In this document: positions 1 through 13,447 of the stretch, piece after piece
Layout of the letters: each line of letters begins with the position of its first letter
How positions within the stretch are numbered: the stretch's first letter is position 1
Assembly (NCBI GenBank): GCA_951406725.2
Contig: OX597815.1
Location: 77,066,001 to 77,130,000 of the forward strand
Reading direction: 5' to 3'
Length of the DNA: 64,000 nt
DNA from: Octopus vulgaris
Taxonomy: Eukaryota
The notes under the pieces: model-generated
What the model saw: only the letters and a program-made list of their open reading frames with translations
Database searches by the model: none
Told to the model about the DNA's origin: nothing
Program-made: the position numbers and the translations under genes

Positions 1-869
1 CAAGGAGTGACTATGGTTATGTTGGGGCACCGCCATTGGTATGATTATTTGTTTATTTCCACTATCCTCCCTCTCCGTGTTTGGTTTTTGTGATTGAGGG
101 ACTTGGACGATGCCGCCCTCAATTGCCTTATATATTGCACGCTTCAGATAAGACTGGGAAAATTTAAGGGTTAACAGGGAAACAGGTGCACGTGAGAGAT
201 TTATAAAGTGGAAATAATTTGCAGATGACGAAGGTTTCGGTGCAATGAGTAAAAATAGTTGATCCTCTTTTACAATAAACTTGTTCACAAAACTTGAGGC
301 TATTGCGATAACAGCTAACAGATAATTCTTTATTTTGCAATAAGCTTTCACTCTAGAGAAATGAATGATATTTTATCAAAAACTAAAGTGTTGCAAATGA
401 GAATATATACAGAATTTATTAAACTTCATTTTATTTATTTAGTTATTTATTTATTTATCTATTTAGAATAATAAAAATCATGTGTAAATAATCCGGTGCA
501 TAATTTTCTGCTTCGGAATAGAAAATAAAACTGGGCTCAGTTTTGCTTTCTGTTTGGATTTACACGAGACAACGCATGTACCTTCAACCGGTCTTCCTAG
601 AACTCCCTAAATCATAAGCACAGTATTCATTTAGTTGAAAATTTTGATGCACAAATTATGATAAATAGTTATTTTTAAAGAATTATTTTTATTTCGAGTG
701 TTTATTTTTAATCTGACACACTCATTACAAAGAATTCTATGGAAGTATTTCGCATATTCATTTGTTACTGTTGATGATCAATGCAGGAGGAAAGATGTTA
801 ACCTCGACCCTTCAAAGATCCTAGTAAGTTGGAAGGGAGGAATTATTTTCAAGCCAGAACTCTTGGCAC

Positions 870-1160
870 ACGTGCCTATCACATAGTGGTCTTCGTTAAG
901 AGCACTGACAGTATCAGTTAGTAGCAAGATGGGATTTGAACTCAGGACACAAAGAGTCCGAACAAATACCACAAAATCCATTCGGTTGTTCTTACAGTTC
1001 TACTATTTCACTGCACTGATTTTTTTTTCCTTTTGCTTATCAATTCCGAAAGGAATGAAAAGCAAAGCTGACCTCGACAGAATTTGAACTCAGATGGCAG
1101 ACAGATAAGACAAATGCTGAGATGCCTTCTATCCGACACTCTAACGACTCTGCCATTTTG
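870..1160 (-). mobile_element. Two degenerate SINE family A fragments
   Basis: Reverse-complement B-box motif ATTTGAACTCAG at ~934 and ~1082, plus CCGAAAGGAATGAAAAGCAAAG, matching family A. Confidence 0.6.
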
Positions 1161-1764
1161 TCAGCTAGATGCAAGTTCTGCTTTTACACCCATATACACC
1201 CTTCTAAAAACTTGATATTTAAAAGCATCTGATCAAATAATGCCACTGCATTATATTAAACAGAAAATTCCATCGTGTTTTACATAAACGTATATAAATG
1301 TATTTATGATGTTAACTATCATATTTTTATTATGAATTCGTAAGAGGAGAAAGGACTACACCCATGACATTTGCAGGGCTCATGAGACTGGTGGAAGAGG
1401 AGGCAGAAAAGAGGAGAACCGCATTTTTCACCTTTTATCATTCGAGACTTGGATAGAAGATTCTCGCTCAAGTTTTTATACAATAAATTCCATTGCGAAA
1501 AAAAGGTGATAATGAAGACAAGTTCACATATATATGTAACATGTTCTAACCAGATCAATGATAATGGTTCAAACGTTAAGAAAGGAACCACCCGTGAGAT
1601 TTAATTTTTGAAGCATTTCATAATTCTTTATACGTTATATTATGTACTTTCAGTTTTGTTTTTTTTTTTTTAATTTGTCTTGTGACGAAACGCTTTCGAA
1701 TTTAGTTTGCAAGGTTCTTGTTGTGAACTCGTGTGAAATACATTTCGTTGTAACTCGGAAAGTC

Positions 1765-2040
1765 ATCATGGCATTAATAGACACGCGCGCTGATTCTATT
1801 TCACTTCTTTATCTTTTATTTATCAATTGGTAAACTATTTAACCGATTAACTAACTGATTTATAGCTTGACACACCTGAAGTACACCTGGGGCAGAGAAA
1901 TTATGTCATTGATGAGGTTACGAATGGCGATGATGAGACTTTGACATACCTAGATTGATTGACTGAACAATTAGCCAAACAATCGATTAACTAATTGGTT
2001 AAATAGCTCACCAAGTGACTAACAAAGAACAAAGATGAAT
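1765..2040. mobile_element. Foldback MITE, degenerate copy of the 33045-33410 family
   Basis: The left arm resembles the 33045 arm. The internal segment CCTGAAGTACACCTGG...CATTGATGAGGTTACGAATGGC is the reverse complement of the spacer at ~33190-33255. Confidence 0.55.
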
Positions 2041-2346
2041 TTATTATTAGCTTACTGACCACTCCGAATTACAACAAACTAGGAATTAACATTAACGTAA
2101 ACAATTTTTAAAGAGATATCGTTATGAAGTATCAAACTAAATTTATACTAGGATTGATCAGAATATATTTTCTTTAGTTGTTAAAATGCATTTTTTTCCA
2201 TCGTCTATTATATTCGTCTACATGTGTGATGTGAGTGAGGTGCCTTCAGTCAACAAAATAAATAAGGCCAGTAATGCTACTCATCAGGCGTAGACTACGC
2301 TGTTCATTTTTGGTGCAAAAGAATGGTGTCGTTGTCATTTCACATT

Positions 2347-2750
2347 CTCTTTTACTCTTTTACTTGTTTCAGTCATTTGTCTGCGGCCATGCCTTTAGTC
2401 GAAAAAATCGACCTCAGGACTTATTCTTTGTAGGACTAGTACTTATTCTATCGGTCTTTTGCTGAATCGCTAAGTTACGGGGACATAAACACACCAACAT
2501 CGGTTGTCAAGCGATGTTGGGATGACAAACACAAGCACACAAACATATACACACACATGCCTATATATATATATATATACATATATACGACGGGCTTCTT
2601 CCAGTTCCCGTCTACCAAATCCACTCACAAGGCTTTGGTTAGCCAGAGGCTATAGTAGAAGACACTTGCCCAAGGAGCCATGCAGTGGGACTGAACCCAG
2701 AACCATGTGGTTGGTAAGCAAGCTACTTACCACACAACCACTCCTGCGCC
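2347..2750 (-). mobile_element. tRNA-derived SINE family B (GGCGCAGGAGTGGCTGTGTGGTAAG head, CCTTGGGCAAG core-like motif, internal TA/TG tract)
   Basis: Reverse complement of the copies at 13512 and 48267. A-box-like TGGCTGTGTGG, B-box-like GGTTCAGTCCC, 3' end GAAACAAGTAAAAGAG. Confidence 0.85.
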
Positions 2751-3429
2751 TTTGCAATAAATATCGACGTTATAACATTCTGTTTCTTCTCTTCAAATAT
2801 ATTGCATATTTCAATCCATAGAAGCTGGAATCTATAATCTAGAAAGATTGTAGAGACACTTATTACTTTCAAACTTTAATACATGGCCAGGAATTTGTGA
2901 GGGTCGACTGAATCGACCCTTGTCCGTAATGAGTCGGAAAGATAAAAAGCAAATTTAGTCCCGATAGGTTTTAACCTCAGAACAAGAAAAAAACAAACAA
3001 CGTAACTGAATACTGAAAGACATCTATTCTAATACTCATACAATATCGCCAATCGCTGGTATCCAGGCGTGATAGTTATTGGGTGGATATTACATTTAGA
3101 TGTAAGAAACTGCATTTTCCCATCCTTATCTTAAATAAAATTGTTTAAAATGCTTTCAAAGTTTTAAAAGTCAAGGGAAACAACTCTAAATTTATTACTT
3201 CCCTTCATATGTAATTCTTGTTGCCTTAAAACTAGTTTTATTGACATTATTTCTCTCTTCACCACGAGTTAAAGTTACATGCCCTTAGTACACTTCTTGA
3301 ATGGAACAGGCGAACAGTAAACGATTCCATTGATATTAAACCTGAATTGTGAAGGCATAAATAATAGTTATTGGAGTAATAAAACTGATTGCTTTAAGTC
3401 TTCCTGGATATTACTGTCTCAAGTCCGAT

Positions 3430-3565
3430 AGCTTATTTACAGCTGAGTAAACTGCAACAACGTGAAATGAAATGTTTTTCTTAAGAAGACAACGCACCGC
3501 CCGCTCCGTGTATCGAAACCACGATCGTGAGGCAACACCCTGAACACTTGGCCACGTACCTCCAG
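3430..3565 (-). mobile_element. SINE family C head fragment
   Basis: Reverse complement GGAGGTACGTGGCCAAGTG...GGTTTCGATAC...TCTTAAGAAAAACATTTCATTTCACGTTG...TTACTCAGCTG is homologous to 22668-22810. Confidence 0.65.
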
Positions 3566-3637
3566 GTAGCTTTAATTAGCATTCCAAACAAAAAAAAAAG
3601 TAGAGAATAAAATGCTTTGCAATAATTAATTAGATTA

Positions 3638-4072
3638 AGGCAGTGAAGTAGTAGAATCCTTAGCTCGCCGGGCAAATTGCTTAGCATCATTTCGCCCGTC
3701 TTTACGTTCTCAGTTCAAATTCCGCTGAGGTCGACTTTGCCTTTCATCTCTTTGGAGATCGATGAAATAAGTACCAGTTGAGTCCTAGGGTCAATGTAAT
3801 CGACTCATCCCGTTCTATGAACTTCCTGGCCTCGTGCCAAAATTTTAAACCAATAATTAATTAGCTTAAGGCGGCGAGCTGATAAAATCGTAAGCTCGCC
3901 GGGAAAAAATGTTTAGCGGCATTTCGTCTGTTTTTTACGTTCTGAGTTCAAAATCAACCGAGGTCGACTTTGCTTTTCATCTTTACAGAGTCGATAAAAT
4001 AAGCACCAGTTAAGCACTGGAGTTGATATAATCAACTTAAATGCTAGTTGTGTGCCATAATTTGAAACCAAT
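3638..4072 (+). mobile_element. Two tandem SINE family A copies
   Basis: GGCGGCGAGCTG...GTTCAAATTCCGCCGAGGTCGACTTTGCCTTTCATC...AAGTACCAGT occurs twice, at 3638 and 3870. Confidence 0.8.
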
Positions 4073-6257
4073 AAATAATTAATTTCTTTAATTTAAGCTA
4101 ATTGACTTCTGAGTTCTAATCCTACCGCTATCAACTTTGCTTTTCCCTTCTTTGGTAGTTGATTGAAAGGAATTGCCAGTTATGTGGTATTGTGTTAAAG
4201 TTAGAAATCGTCAAACCAGTGTTTAAAACGCCTTGCCAAATAGGCTTACCAGTATATGTTTTTAAAGCAAACACTTGACTGGAGTTAAAACGTTAAAGGT
4301 AACTTATTAGTTGCGGAGTAATTGAACTAAAATGTAAGAAACAACCCAGAACTATTTTTGTTAACTTAAAGAATATCACAAACTTTTCCAGAGTAATATT
4401 AATCATTAAAACACTATAAATAATGAAAATGGGGAGGGGTTACATCACTCTTTGAACTTTTGCTTGGTTTATAGATTTATGAGATAATCTAGTGCACTTT
4501 ACGATAACTCTACTCAAAATTATGTGCTGACAGAATAGTTAACGCGTCAGACAAATTACTAAATGGTATTCCTTGCGGTTCCTTAAATTCTCAATTCAAA
4601 TACTGTTGTGGTCAGGAATACCATTCATTCTGTAGTAGTTTTTAGTATTTGAAACTTTGTCAGTCCAATAACGGACGAAGGCCACGAGATATCAGGTGAT
4701 CTCAGCCTATATTTCGGTTAATCCTTGTTCTGGCGCATCTGTATGGTGACGAGATCGATTGGGAAATTACGTCCAGTTTCAAGCCAAATCAGAGTTATAA
4801 ATGGAGATGCGCGGAATGATCTAAATACTATGATTGGTCTTTGTTTAGGAGCAGTACGCTGCCAGACCAAGTATAGACCGGGAGCCAGTCCTGATTTGAT
4901 TAGACTTGAAGCTCCAAAATACTGACAAAGTACAATATGTGTACAAATGGTCCTAATACCATGAAACGTGATTCTTAAGTATGCTTAGGTATGGATTAAT
5001 TAATTATGAAATAATCAACTTGCGTAAATAACTAATTTAATTAGACTTTAAACTCCAGTAATGAATCACATTGAATATTACTCCTTAGACACAAGTGATA
5101 CTTAAATGAAAACTTAAGAAAAAATGGTTTTGGAAAAACAAATTAAGAAGTTTTAATTAGACACTTAATTAGGAATTAATTAGACTTCCTGCTCCAGCGT
5201 CAATCTCTTCGCAGAATTATTCACTCAACCATCAGAATCCAGTGCATTGATTTTCCCTGAGGCCTTCATCAGGTTGACGAAACAAAAACGATGTCAAAAC
5301 ACCAGATGTCCCAGAGTCTCTTGTACTGATGAATCGGATGTGTTATGAACACACATCCGTCGTAAAGGACAAGTCGTTTTCTTGTAACGAGATACGACAG
5401 AGATTATCACATTCAAGTTCGAATCTACCGGAACATATTAAGAATAAGTATGCGAGTCACGGAAAAGATTTACAGATTTTCTATTAGGAAAACCTTTTGA
5501 CACTGAATTATAGAAATAAATCAATCGGTGTTTGCAGTGATTAGTAAATCAATCTGACCTTGAGATGGAAACTGCTGATATAAATTAATATTTAGCTGCA
5601 ACACCTTAAATTTTACAAAACGAACTCACAGAAATCTACCGCCAGAAGGTCTAATTTTCAGAAAATCATCAACAGATCGAAATTCAAACGATTTTAAGGC
5701 CAGACAAGCTAACACCCGATGTCCAAGATAATATTCTGGATAATTATAAAACAAGACAAACTTGGCATTCAGTATTATATCGATTTTCGAATCAGCCTAT
5801 TTATGCGAACAATATTTTTTTTACTAGTGAATTTAACCAATCAAAGAATCATACAAAAGCAGCTGACTAAAATCTGGTACTTTGTATGGAAACAAAAGCC
5901 ATGGTTTATGACCCGAACATCGAAGCAATTTTAGATAAGATTCAAAACCAAAAATCATATTAAGAAGAAAACTGGTTTGTTATATTTTGTTGCAATTAGA
6001 AGTGTATTTCTATGAGTTTGTAATGGACTGTAATGTTTATTTGTATTTATATGTGTGTTAGTACATTTGTTAGCTTGTTCTTGCCTTACGAAGTATTTTG
6101 GCGATTGTTATATGCAAACGCCGTTTCTGCATTCAGTTTGTTTCAATGCTTGATGTTGTCATAGCTTCCGGGCGTTCAACGGCTATACTTTTCACTCTTA
6201 AAATACAGTCGTTCGACAAGCATTCTAGTCGTGATTCTCTGTTTTTTTTTTTTTTAT

Positions 6258-6416
6258 TTAACTGGAACATACATACATACATACATACCTACATACATAC
6301 ATACATACATACAAAAATACCCTATTGTTGGTGGTGGAATTTCAATGAAGGAGCCTTGGATCCAGGTTAGAAACCGGCTCTTTATTGGCAAGAAATCTTG
6401 CAGCAAAACTGAATAA

Positions 6417-6447
<31 letters not shown>

Positions 6448-7118
6448 CATACATACATACATACATACATACATACATACATGCATACACACACACATAC
6501 ATACATACCTACATGCATACATACATACATACATACACACACATACATACATACATACATACATACACACATACATACATACACACATACATACATACAT
6601 ACATACATACATACATACATACATACATACATACATACATTTGAGATATGTAGCACACTGCCTACATACCAATTTTGAGAAATTAAGCTTCTTAAAACCT
6701 GAAAGGTGAAAGCTAATTCGAAGACTACAGATCCAGTCAATCATTGGAACTGTAAAAATCTGTAAAACTTTCCAAAAGTTTATCATTTGAATATATATGA
6801 GCATGTCCAGATATACAACTATATGCATGAGAATACATACATAAAACATACAAAACTGCACATACATACATGCATACATGCATACATACATACAGACACA
6901 AACACACATACATACATACACACACACGCAAACACACATACATACATACATACATACATACATACATACATACATACATACATACATACATACATACATA
7001 AATACATACATACATACATACATATATACATACATACATACTTACTTACATACGCACGTACATACGCACGTACATACGTACATACATACATACATACATA
7101 CATACATACATACATACA

Positions 7119-7149
<31 letters not shown>

Positions 7150-8031
7150 GGGATATATAGCACGCTGCCTACATAGCAATCTTGAGAAATTAGCCTTCTC
7201 AAAACCAGAATGGTGAAATCTAATTCGAAGACTACAGATCCAATCCATCATTGGAACTGTTAAAATCTGTAAAACTTTCCAGAAGTTTATCATTTAAATA
7301 TATCTGAGCATGTTTAGATATGCAACTATATGCATGAGAATACATACATAAAACATACAAAACTGCACATACATACATGCATACATGCATACATACATAC
7401 ATACATACATACATACATACATACATGCATACATGAATACATACATACATACATACATACATACATACATACATACATACATACATACATACATACATAC
7501 ATACATACACACTGCCTAAATACCAATCTTGAGAAATTAGGCTTCTCAAAACCAGAATGGTGAAAGCTAAGACTACAGATCCAATCCATCACCGGAACTG
7601 TAAAAATCTATAAAACTTTCCAGATGTTTCTCATTTAAGTATAGGATAAACATCATACAAGCATGTTACAAATTTAAGTATATGATAAACATGCATGCAA
7701 ACAAAAATATCCTGTTGTTGATGTTGAAATTCCAATAAAGGAGACTTGGATCTAGGTTCGAAACCGGTTCTTTCTCTATTGGAAAGAAATCTTGAAATAA
7801 ACTGAATAATGAGATACATACAAAAATATCTTGTTGTTAATGTTAGAATTCCAATGAAGGAGCCTTGGATCTAGGTGACAAACTGGCTCTTTCTCTATTG
7901 GCAAGAAATCGTGAAGCAAAACTGAATAATGACATATATACATACATACATACACACACACACATACATACATACATACATACATACATACATACATACA
8001 TACATACATACATACATACATACATACATAC
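6258..8031 (+). mobile_element. Cluster of 5'-truncated 3' ends of a (CATA)n-associated RLE (R4/Dong-like) LINE embedded in (CATA)n
   Basis: Three body units (6641-6860, 7149-7366, 7508-7700) encode GYIARCLHSNLEKLAFSKPEW.NLIRRLQIQSIIGTVKICKTFQKFII*, resembling the RLE C-terminus. Three terminal units (6312-6419, 7701-7811, 7820-7932) carry a GAAGGAGCC...GGCTCTTTC hairpin. Confidence 0.7.
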
Positions 8032-8145
8032 TCACTCGATACCATAGGTGAGATTTTTTTTTCCTTTTATGGTCGAGTTAGTCTCTTCTTTCTCTAAATT
8101 TCGCCAGCTGGTGAACAGAATGCTCAGGCAAGTTGTGACTCTTAG

Positions 8146-8193
8146 CTTGCATGAAGACCCTGTACACCCACAGGTGAAACTCATAGTAGCAAG
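8146..8193 (+). ncRNA. Degenerate type I hammerhead ribozyme in a short module ending at (TA)n
   Basis: Stem I CTTGC/GCAAG; core ATGAAGA (C3 mutated); stem II CCTGT/ACAGG; GAAAC; GTA triplet. Confidence 0.5.
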
Positions 8194-8230
8194 AGACTGG
8201 CTCAACTTATAAATATATATATACACACAG

Positions 8231-8313
<83 letters not shown>

Positions 8314-8764
8314 AGGAAGAACTTTCATGGAGATCTATTATGTCTAACCTAAATGGAGAACATCACCGATGATAGCTCTTGTTAACTCTTTTTTAAAATG
8401 CACCCATGCCAGAGATCGATACAAATCAGCAAATAACTTCTTCGTTCAAGTTATAAACAAGAGCTACAAACTGTTGTTAACATCATTAGTTCGGTTTGTC
8501 TTTGACTAAAGAGACATAACAATATCGAAACACTGGCTGTCACACATTCTCTTATGGTAATGAAGCAAGTGTGTTATGAACACACATTCGTCTTAAAGGA
8601 GTTGTTCTATGACTAAACTCAACAGTAGTTAGCATATCCACGTTCGAATCTGCCGAAACGTATTAAGAACAAGTATGCACGTAATTGTATAAGTATATTG
8701 TTTTTGCTTTTTGTTTTTTTGGGATTTTTTTTCTTTATAAAGCCATATCACACTTTATGTATAT

Positions 8765-9140
8765 ACATCGTTGAGTGGCAAGATAGTGCGGTTTTCGGCT
8801 AAAATAAAATGTCATAGAAACCTGGTGTGTTAAAAATACCATGTATCGGGGGGAAACAAAAACTTTACCAGTTTACAGCTAGCCGGGGCGATTTTTCATA
8901 TCTTTCTGATGTATATTTCGTTTTTAAACGCACCATACCTATAAGAGAAGTAATCTCGGATGGAAACCACACCATCTTGCCTGTCAACGGTGTATGTATA
9001 TTAAGTACGATGCATAGATTACATTTTAATTTATTGCTGCTTTAATTTCGTACGCATAGATTTTACTGGCTTTTGTTATAAATCTCACAAGACCTGCAAA
9101 CCTGCAAATATAAACATAAACCGTTTATTACTCTTATTAA
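8765..9140. mobile_element. TA-flanked TIR element plus shared flank; inverted homolog at 46135-46532
   Basis: Imperfect TIRs CATCGTTGAGTGGCAAGAT (8765) and ATCTTGCCTGTCAACGGTG (~8975-8993). About 350 bp align by eye with the reverse complement of 46135-46532. Confidence 0.6.
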
Positions 9141-9844
9141 ATAAAAGAAGCACTAAGAGTGATGTAATCAATTAGCACCCTTCTCCAGAATTTCAGGCTT
9201 TGTACCAACAGAAGAAAGGAATATTACTTGTACCGTAAAAATTTATTTAAATATCATGCTTTTTAAGTTTTTGGGGGGTTTTTTTATCTTTCTTTCTGCC
9301 TCAATATGTGCTGAGATTATGTCTCATATACCCGTGTGTCTTTTCTGCCATACAGTACCACAGCTCACATAAAAAAACAAAGAAAGTGTAATGTGCAAAT
9401 AAAGCAAGAGATCTCTCGAGGAACATAGCAGTCTCCCTTACCCTGCTCCAGTCTCTCCCCAATAAATCATTAACAAACTATACCGAATGCAAAACAACTC
9501 ACTTTGCATCATTCCGGTTTACACACGCCCAGGCAATATTAACAGACCAGCTGCTCAACGAAACAAAAATACTAAAAAATGAAAGACCACCTAGGCATGC
9601 AGTGGATGAAATTTGTTATTACAGCAAGCTCTAATACACATAATCGCCTCTTCTACAAAAACAATCCCCTCAAGCAAAGAGGCGCATCTTTAGAATACAG
9701 CAACAACAGCATCAGGAGAACACGATCTCATATTCTCATACATAAATGAACACATACACACAAAAATAGTTGCAGCATCATAATAGCACCATTAGTCCTG
9801 AATACTGTGCTGAGGATACACGATTGTGACAATTATAATAATTC

Positions 9845-11092
9845 TCTCTAATATTACCACAAGGCCTGAAATTTGTAGAAGAGTTGGGTGGGTGGGACAG
9901 GTCGATTATATCAATCCCAGTATTTGACTGGTACTTTACTTTATTGGCGCCGAAAGGATGAAAGCAAAATTGACGTCGGTGGGATTTGAACACAGAATAA
10001 AAAGAGCGGGAAGAAATGCCGCGAAGCCCTTTGTTCGACGTGCTAATGATTCTACCAGCTCGTCGCCTTCGTAACTCCAATAACAATTCTGTCTAAGGCG
10101 GTGAGCTGGCAGAAACGTTAGCACGTCGGGCGAAATGCTTAGCAGTATTTCGTCTGCCGCTACGTTCTGAGTTCAAATTCCGCCGAGGTCGACTTTGCCT
10201 TTTATTCTTTCGGGGTCGATTAAATAAGTATATATAATCGGCTTAACCGTTTGCCTGACCTTGTTTGTCCTCTCTGTGTTTAGCCCCTTGTGGGTAGTAA
10301 AGAAATAGGTATTTCGTTTGTTTTCACGTTCTGAGTTCAAAGGCCGCTAGGGTCGACTGGTCAGAACGTTAGAATAAGTACTAGGCTTTAAAAAAATAAG
10401 TACTGGAGTCGATTCATGCGACTAATAGTTCTATAAAGGCGGTATCTCAGTATGGTCGCACTTTAATAAGGCGGCGAGCTAGCAGAAACGCTAACACGCC
10501 AAGCGAAATGTTTAGCGGTATTTCGTCTGCCGCTACGTTCTGAGTTCAAATTCCACCGATGTCGACTTTGCCATTCATCCTTTCGTGGTCGATTAAATAA
10601 GTACCAGTTACGCACTGGGGTCGATATAATCGACTTAATCCGTTTGTCTGTCCTTGTTTGTCCTCTCTGTGTTTAGCCCCTTGTGGGTAGTAAAGAAATA
10701 GAGAAATAAGTATTTCGTCTGTTTTTACGTTCTGAGTTCAAATTCCGCCGATGTCGACTTTGTTTTCCATCCTTTTGGGGTCGATAAATTAAGTACCAGT
10801 TGTGTACTGGGATCGATCTAATCTACTGGCCCCCTCCCAAAAAATTTCAGGCCTAGGGTCGAAAAGAATAATAATTCTTTCTACTAAAGTCACAATGCTT
10901 GAAATTTGTGGGGCCCAGTCGACTACATTGACACTCCACCCACCCAGTACTTAACTAGTATTTATTTTGTCGTTTCCGAATGGATGAAATGCGAAGTCGT
11001 TCTCGGCGAAATTTAAACTGAGAACGTCAAGCTGGAAAAAATGCCACCAAACATTTTGTCCGGCTTGCTAACGATTCTGTCAGCTCGTCGCC
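9845..11092. mobile_element. SINE family A cluster: 9845-10067(-), 10097-10465(+), 10470-10868(+, dimeric), 10875-11092(-)
   Basis: Heads GGCGG(T/C)GAGCTGGCAGAAACGTTAGCAC, B-box GAGTTCAAATTCC, and an internal ~180-bp unit ending GTGGGTAGTAAAGAAATAG. Confidence 0.85.
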
Positions 11093-11124
11093 TTCAAAAC
11101 TCTAATAATAATAATGATGATGAT

Positions 11125-11340
11125 GGACTCTCCCGTCGAAGACGACGTATGAGTGTTCAACTTCATCCGAACGACCTGCACAAATGATTTGTTTTTATAA
11201 TGATCAAATGTATGAGCTGTACATTAGCGGACTCCCTCCATCAAATCAACATTGCATGAGCAGGCGCACGGTGTACTACGCGTCAGGTGTTGAAGTGATC
11301 GCAGAACATCGTAAGATGAAGTATTTTGCTCAAGAGCAGA
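11125..11340 (-). mobile_element. SINE with family C core motif and a third tail type (paralog at 63125-63373)
   Basis: CCTGCACAAATGATTTGTTT...ACTCCCTCCATCAAATCAAC...GTGTACTAC...TATTTTGCTCAAGA is shared with 63170-63320. Confidence 0.6.
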
Positions 11341-11480
11341 GAAGTAACAGAGAAACAGCGGTTCAAATTCTTCTTGTTTGCCTCTCTTGTAGTCACCATT
11401 AGAATCAACAAGCATCCAGAATTAAAATAGACAATGAAACGAATTTAACACGCCCACAATGCCAAGCAGTATTACTAAGA

Positions 11481-11678
11481 ATTAACCCTTTTGTTACCAT
11501 ATTTCTTTTAGATGGTCTGTGTTTCTTTCAATTAGTTTTAAATATAATAAAGAAATTAGTAAAATAACTTAGTTATCATTAAGCTAGTGTTAGGAACATA
11601 AATTGTGAGTAAGGTTTGGTGGAAGATTTTAATTCAGGACTTTTGAAAACAAGACATTTGTACTACAGAGCCAGAGGC
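11481..11678 (+). mobile_element. piggyBac-type MITE left end (TTAA+CCC)
   Basis: Begins TTAACCCTTTTGTTACC. No matching right end seen. Confidence 0.35.
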
Positions 11679-11877
11679 ATCAGAATATGTAGCATGATAG
11701 TCATTAACGGAGATATTGCATATCCGGGACAATGTCCTCTAGTTATCTTGCATAATTATGTTTCATCAAAGCAAGACCTGAGCCTCTACAACTTGTTGTT
11801 GGAAAGTATTCGACAAACCTACAACAGTAATTGTTCTCAATGCGTGCAGTAATAAGAATGTCTGCACTGATATAGTA

Positions 11878-12547
11878 GCAAATTCTGGTAACAAGGTCAG
11901 CAGTTTTAGGGTTAGTCGATTACATCGGCTTCACTGTTTAACTGGTTTATTTTACCGACCCCGAAAGGATGAAGGGTAAAGTTGACCTCTGCAAGATTTG
12001 AACTCAAGATGGAAAGAGCCGGAAGAAATGACACTGAGAATTTTGACCGACGTATTAACAATTCTGCCAGCTCACTACCTTAATACATGCACTAATATGA
12101 AATTGCACTGCCGCAGGCACCGAGCTAGCAGAATCGTTAGCACGCCGGGCGAAATGCTTAGCGGTATTTCGTCTGCCGTTACGTTCTGAGTTCAAATTCC
12201 GCCGAGGTCAACTTTGCCTTTCATCCTTTCGGGGTCGATAAATTAAGTACCAGTTACGCACTGCGGTCGATGTAATCGACTTAATCCGTTTGTCTGTCCG
12301 TGTTTGTTCCCTCTATGTTTAGTCCCTTGTGGGCAGTAAAGAAATAAGAATCGTTAGCACACCGGACAAAATGCTTTGTGGCATTTCGTCCGTCTTTACG
12401 TTCCGAGTTCTTATTCCGCCGCGGTCAACTTGGCTTTTCATCCTATCTGAGTCGATAAAATAAGTACCCGTTGAATACTTGGGTCGATCTAATCGACTTA
12501 CTCCCTCTCTCAGAATTATTAGCCTTGAGCTAAACTTTGAAACCAAT
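11878..12547. mobile_element. SINE family A head-to-head pair: 11878-12079(-), 12116-12547(+, dimeric)
   Basis: Family A motifs on opposite strands, with heads ~36 bp apart. Confidence 0.8.
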
Positions 12548-12627
12548 ATGAATGTGTGCATCAATTTTAGTATGTAGAGTAACAGCAATATGATTAGTAG
12601 TATAAACATGTACAATAATATGAAAAT

Positions 12628-12705
12628 GTGTGCAGTAATACGCATCTGTGAGCAGTAATACTTATGTGTGCGGTAATATGTATGTGTGCAGTAATGCGTT
12701 GTGTG
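12628..12705. repeat. ~18-20 bp minisatellite, 4 copies
   Basis: GTGTGCAGTAATACGCATCT and variants in tandem. Confidence 0.6.
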
Positions 12706-13447
12706 TTTTCTGGGCTGGTTAGTAGCTATAAGCTGTAAATATGTTTGACCTGAAACAGTAGAAATAAGAAAAATAAATCATAATTACTAATAAACAGCAA
12801 AGAAGCCTAACTTATTTCGGGAAGGAAAGTAAAGAGATTTAATATTATTTTACTTCCATTCTCTGCTACTTAGCGGCATAAGAAAAGTAAAAGAAAACAA
12901 AAGAAGAAAAAACTGGCCGAGCTTCTCATGTGAAGGTGTTGAACGATTTACAGGAATGACTAGGGAAGAAAAAGCCAAGAATGTCTGCTGTTTGAAAATT
13001 TAATAGCAAAGTTAGACTGGTTCATATATTTGCTGAATTTTTGCGGCAATAGTTGCAATGTTATTAGTTTTATACCACTGTTATCAATAATGTAACAGAA
13101 ATAGCTTAAACCGTAGCAACAGTAGCAGATGACGTATTACGAACGTACAAATAGACCAGCATTCACCAACCTAGCTTTGTATGAATTCCATATAGGGGGT
13201 TGTGGAAATTATTAAGATTCATGAGAAAAGAAAACAAGATGCTGGCAGGTGTCATTAGTAAAGTTTGACAGAGAAGTTTGCTAAGAATTGTTAACATTAC
13301 GTAAGACATTAATATCCCACACCAAAAAGAAAAAATCATTTCGGTTACGACATAAATTTCAATTTGTAAATGTTGTCAGCTAACTTTCCTTCAAAATATT
13401 AGAGAGAAATAAGAATACAAATGTCGGGATAAAAAATTTTGAGATAT

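Noticed and set aside
7851-7900. Hammerhead-like ATGAAGG...GAAACCGG in the CATA-LINE terminal units
   Set aside because: No CUGANGA in any of the three copies. The sequence folds better as a simple GAAGGAGCC/GGCTCTTTC 3' UTR hairpin.
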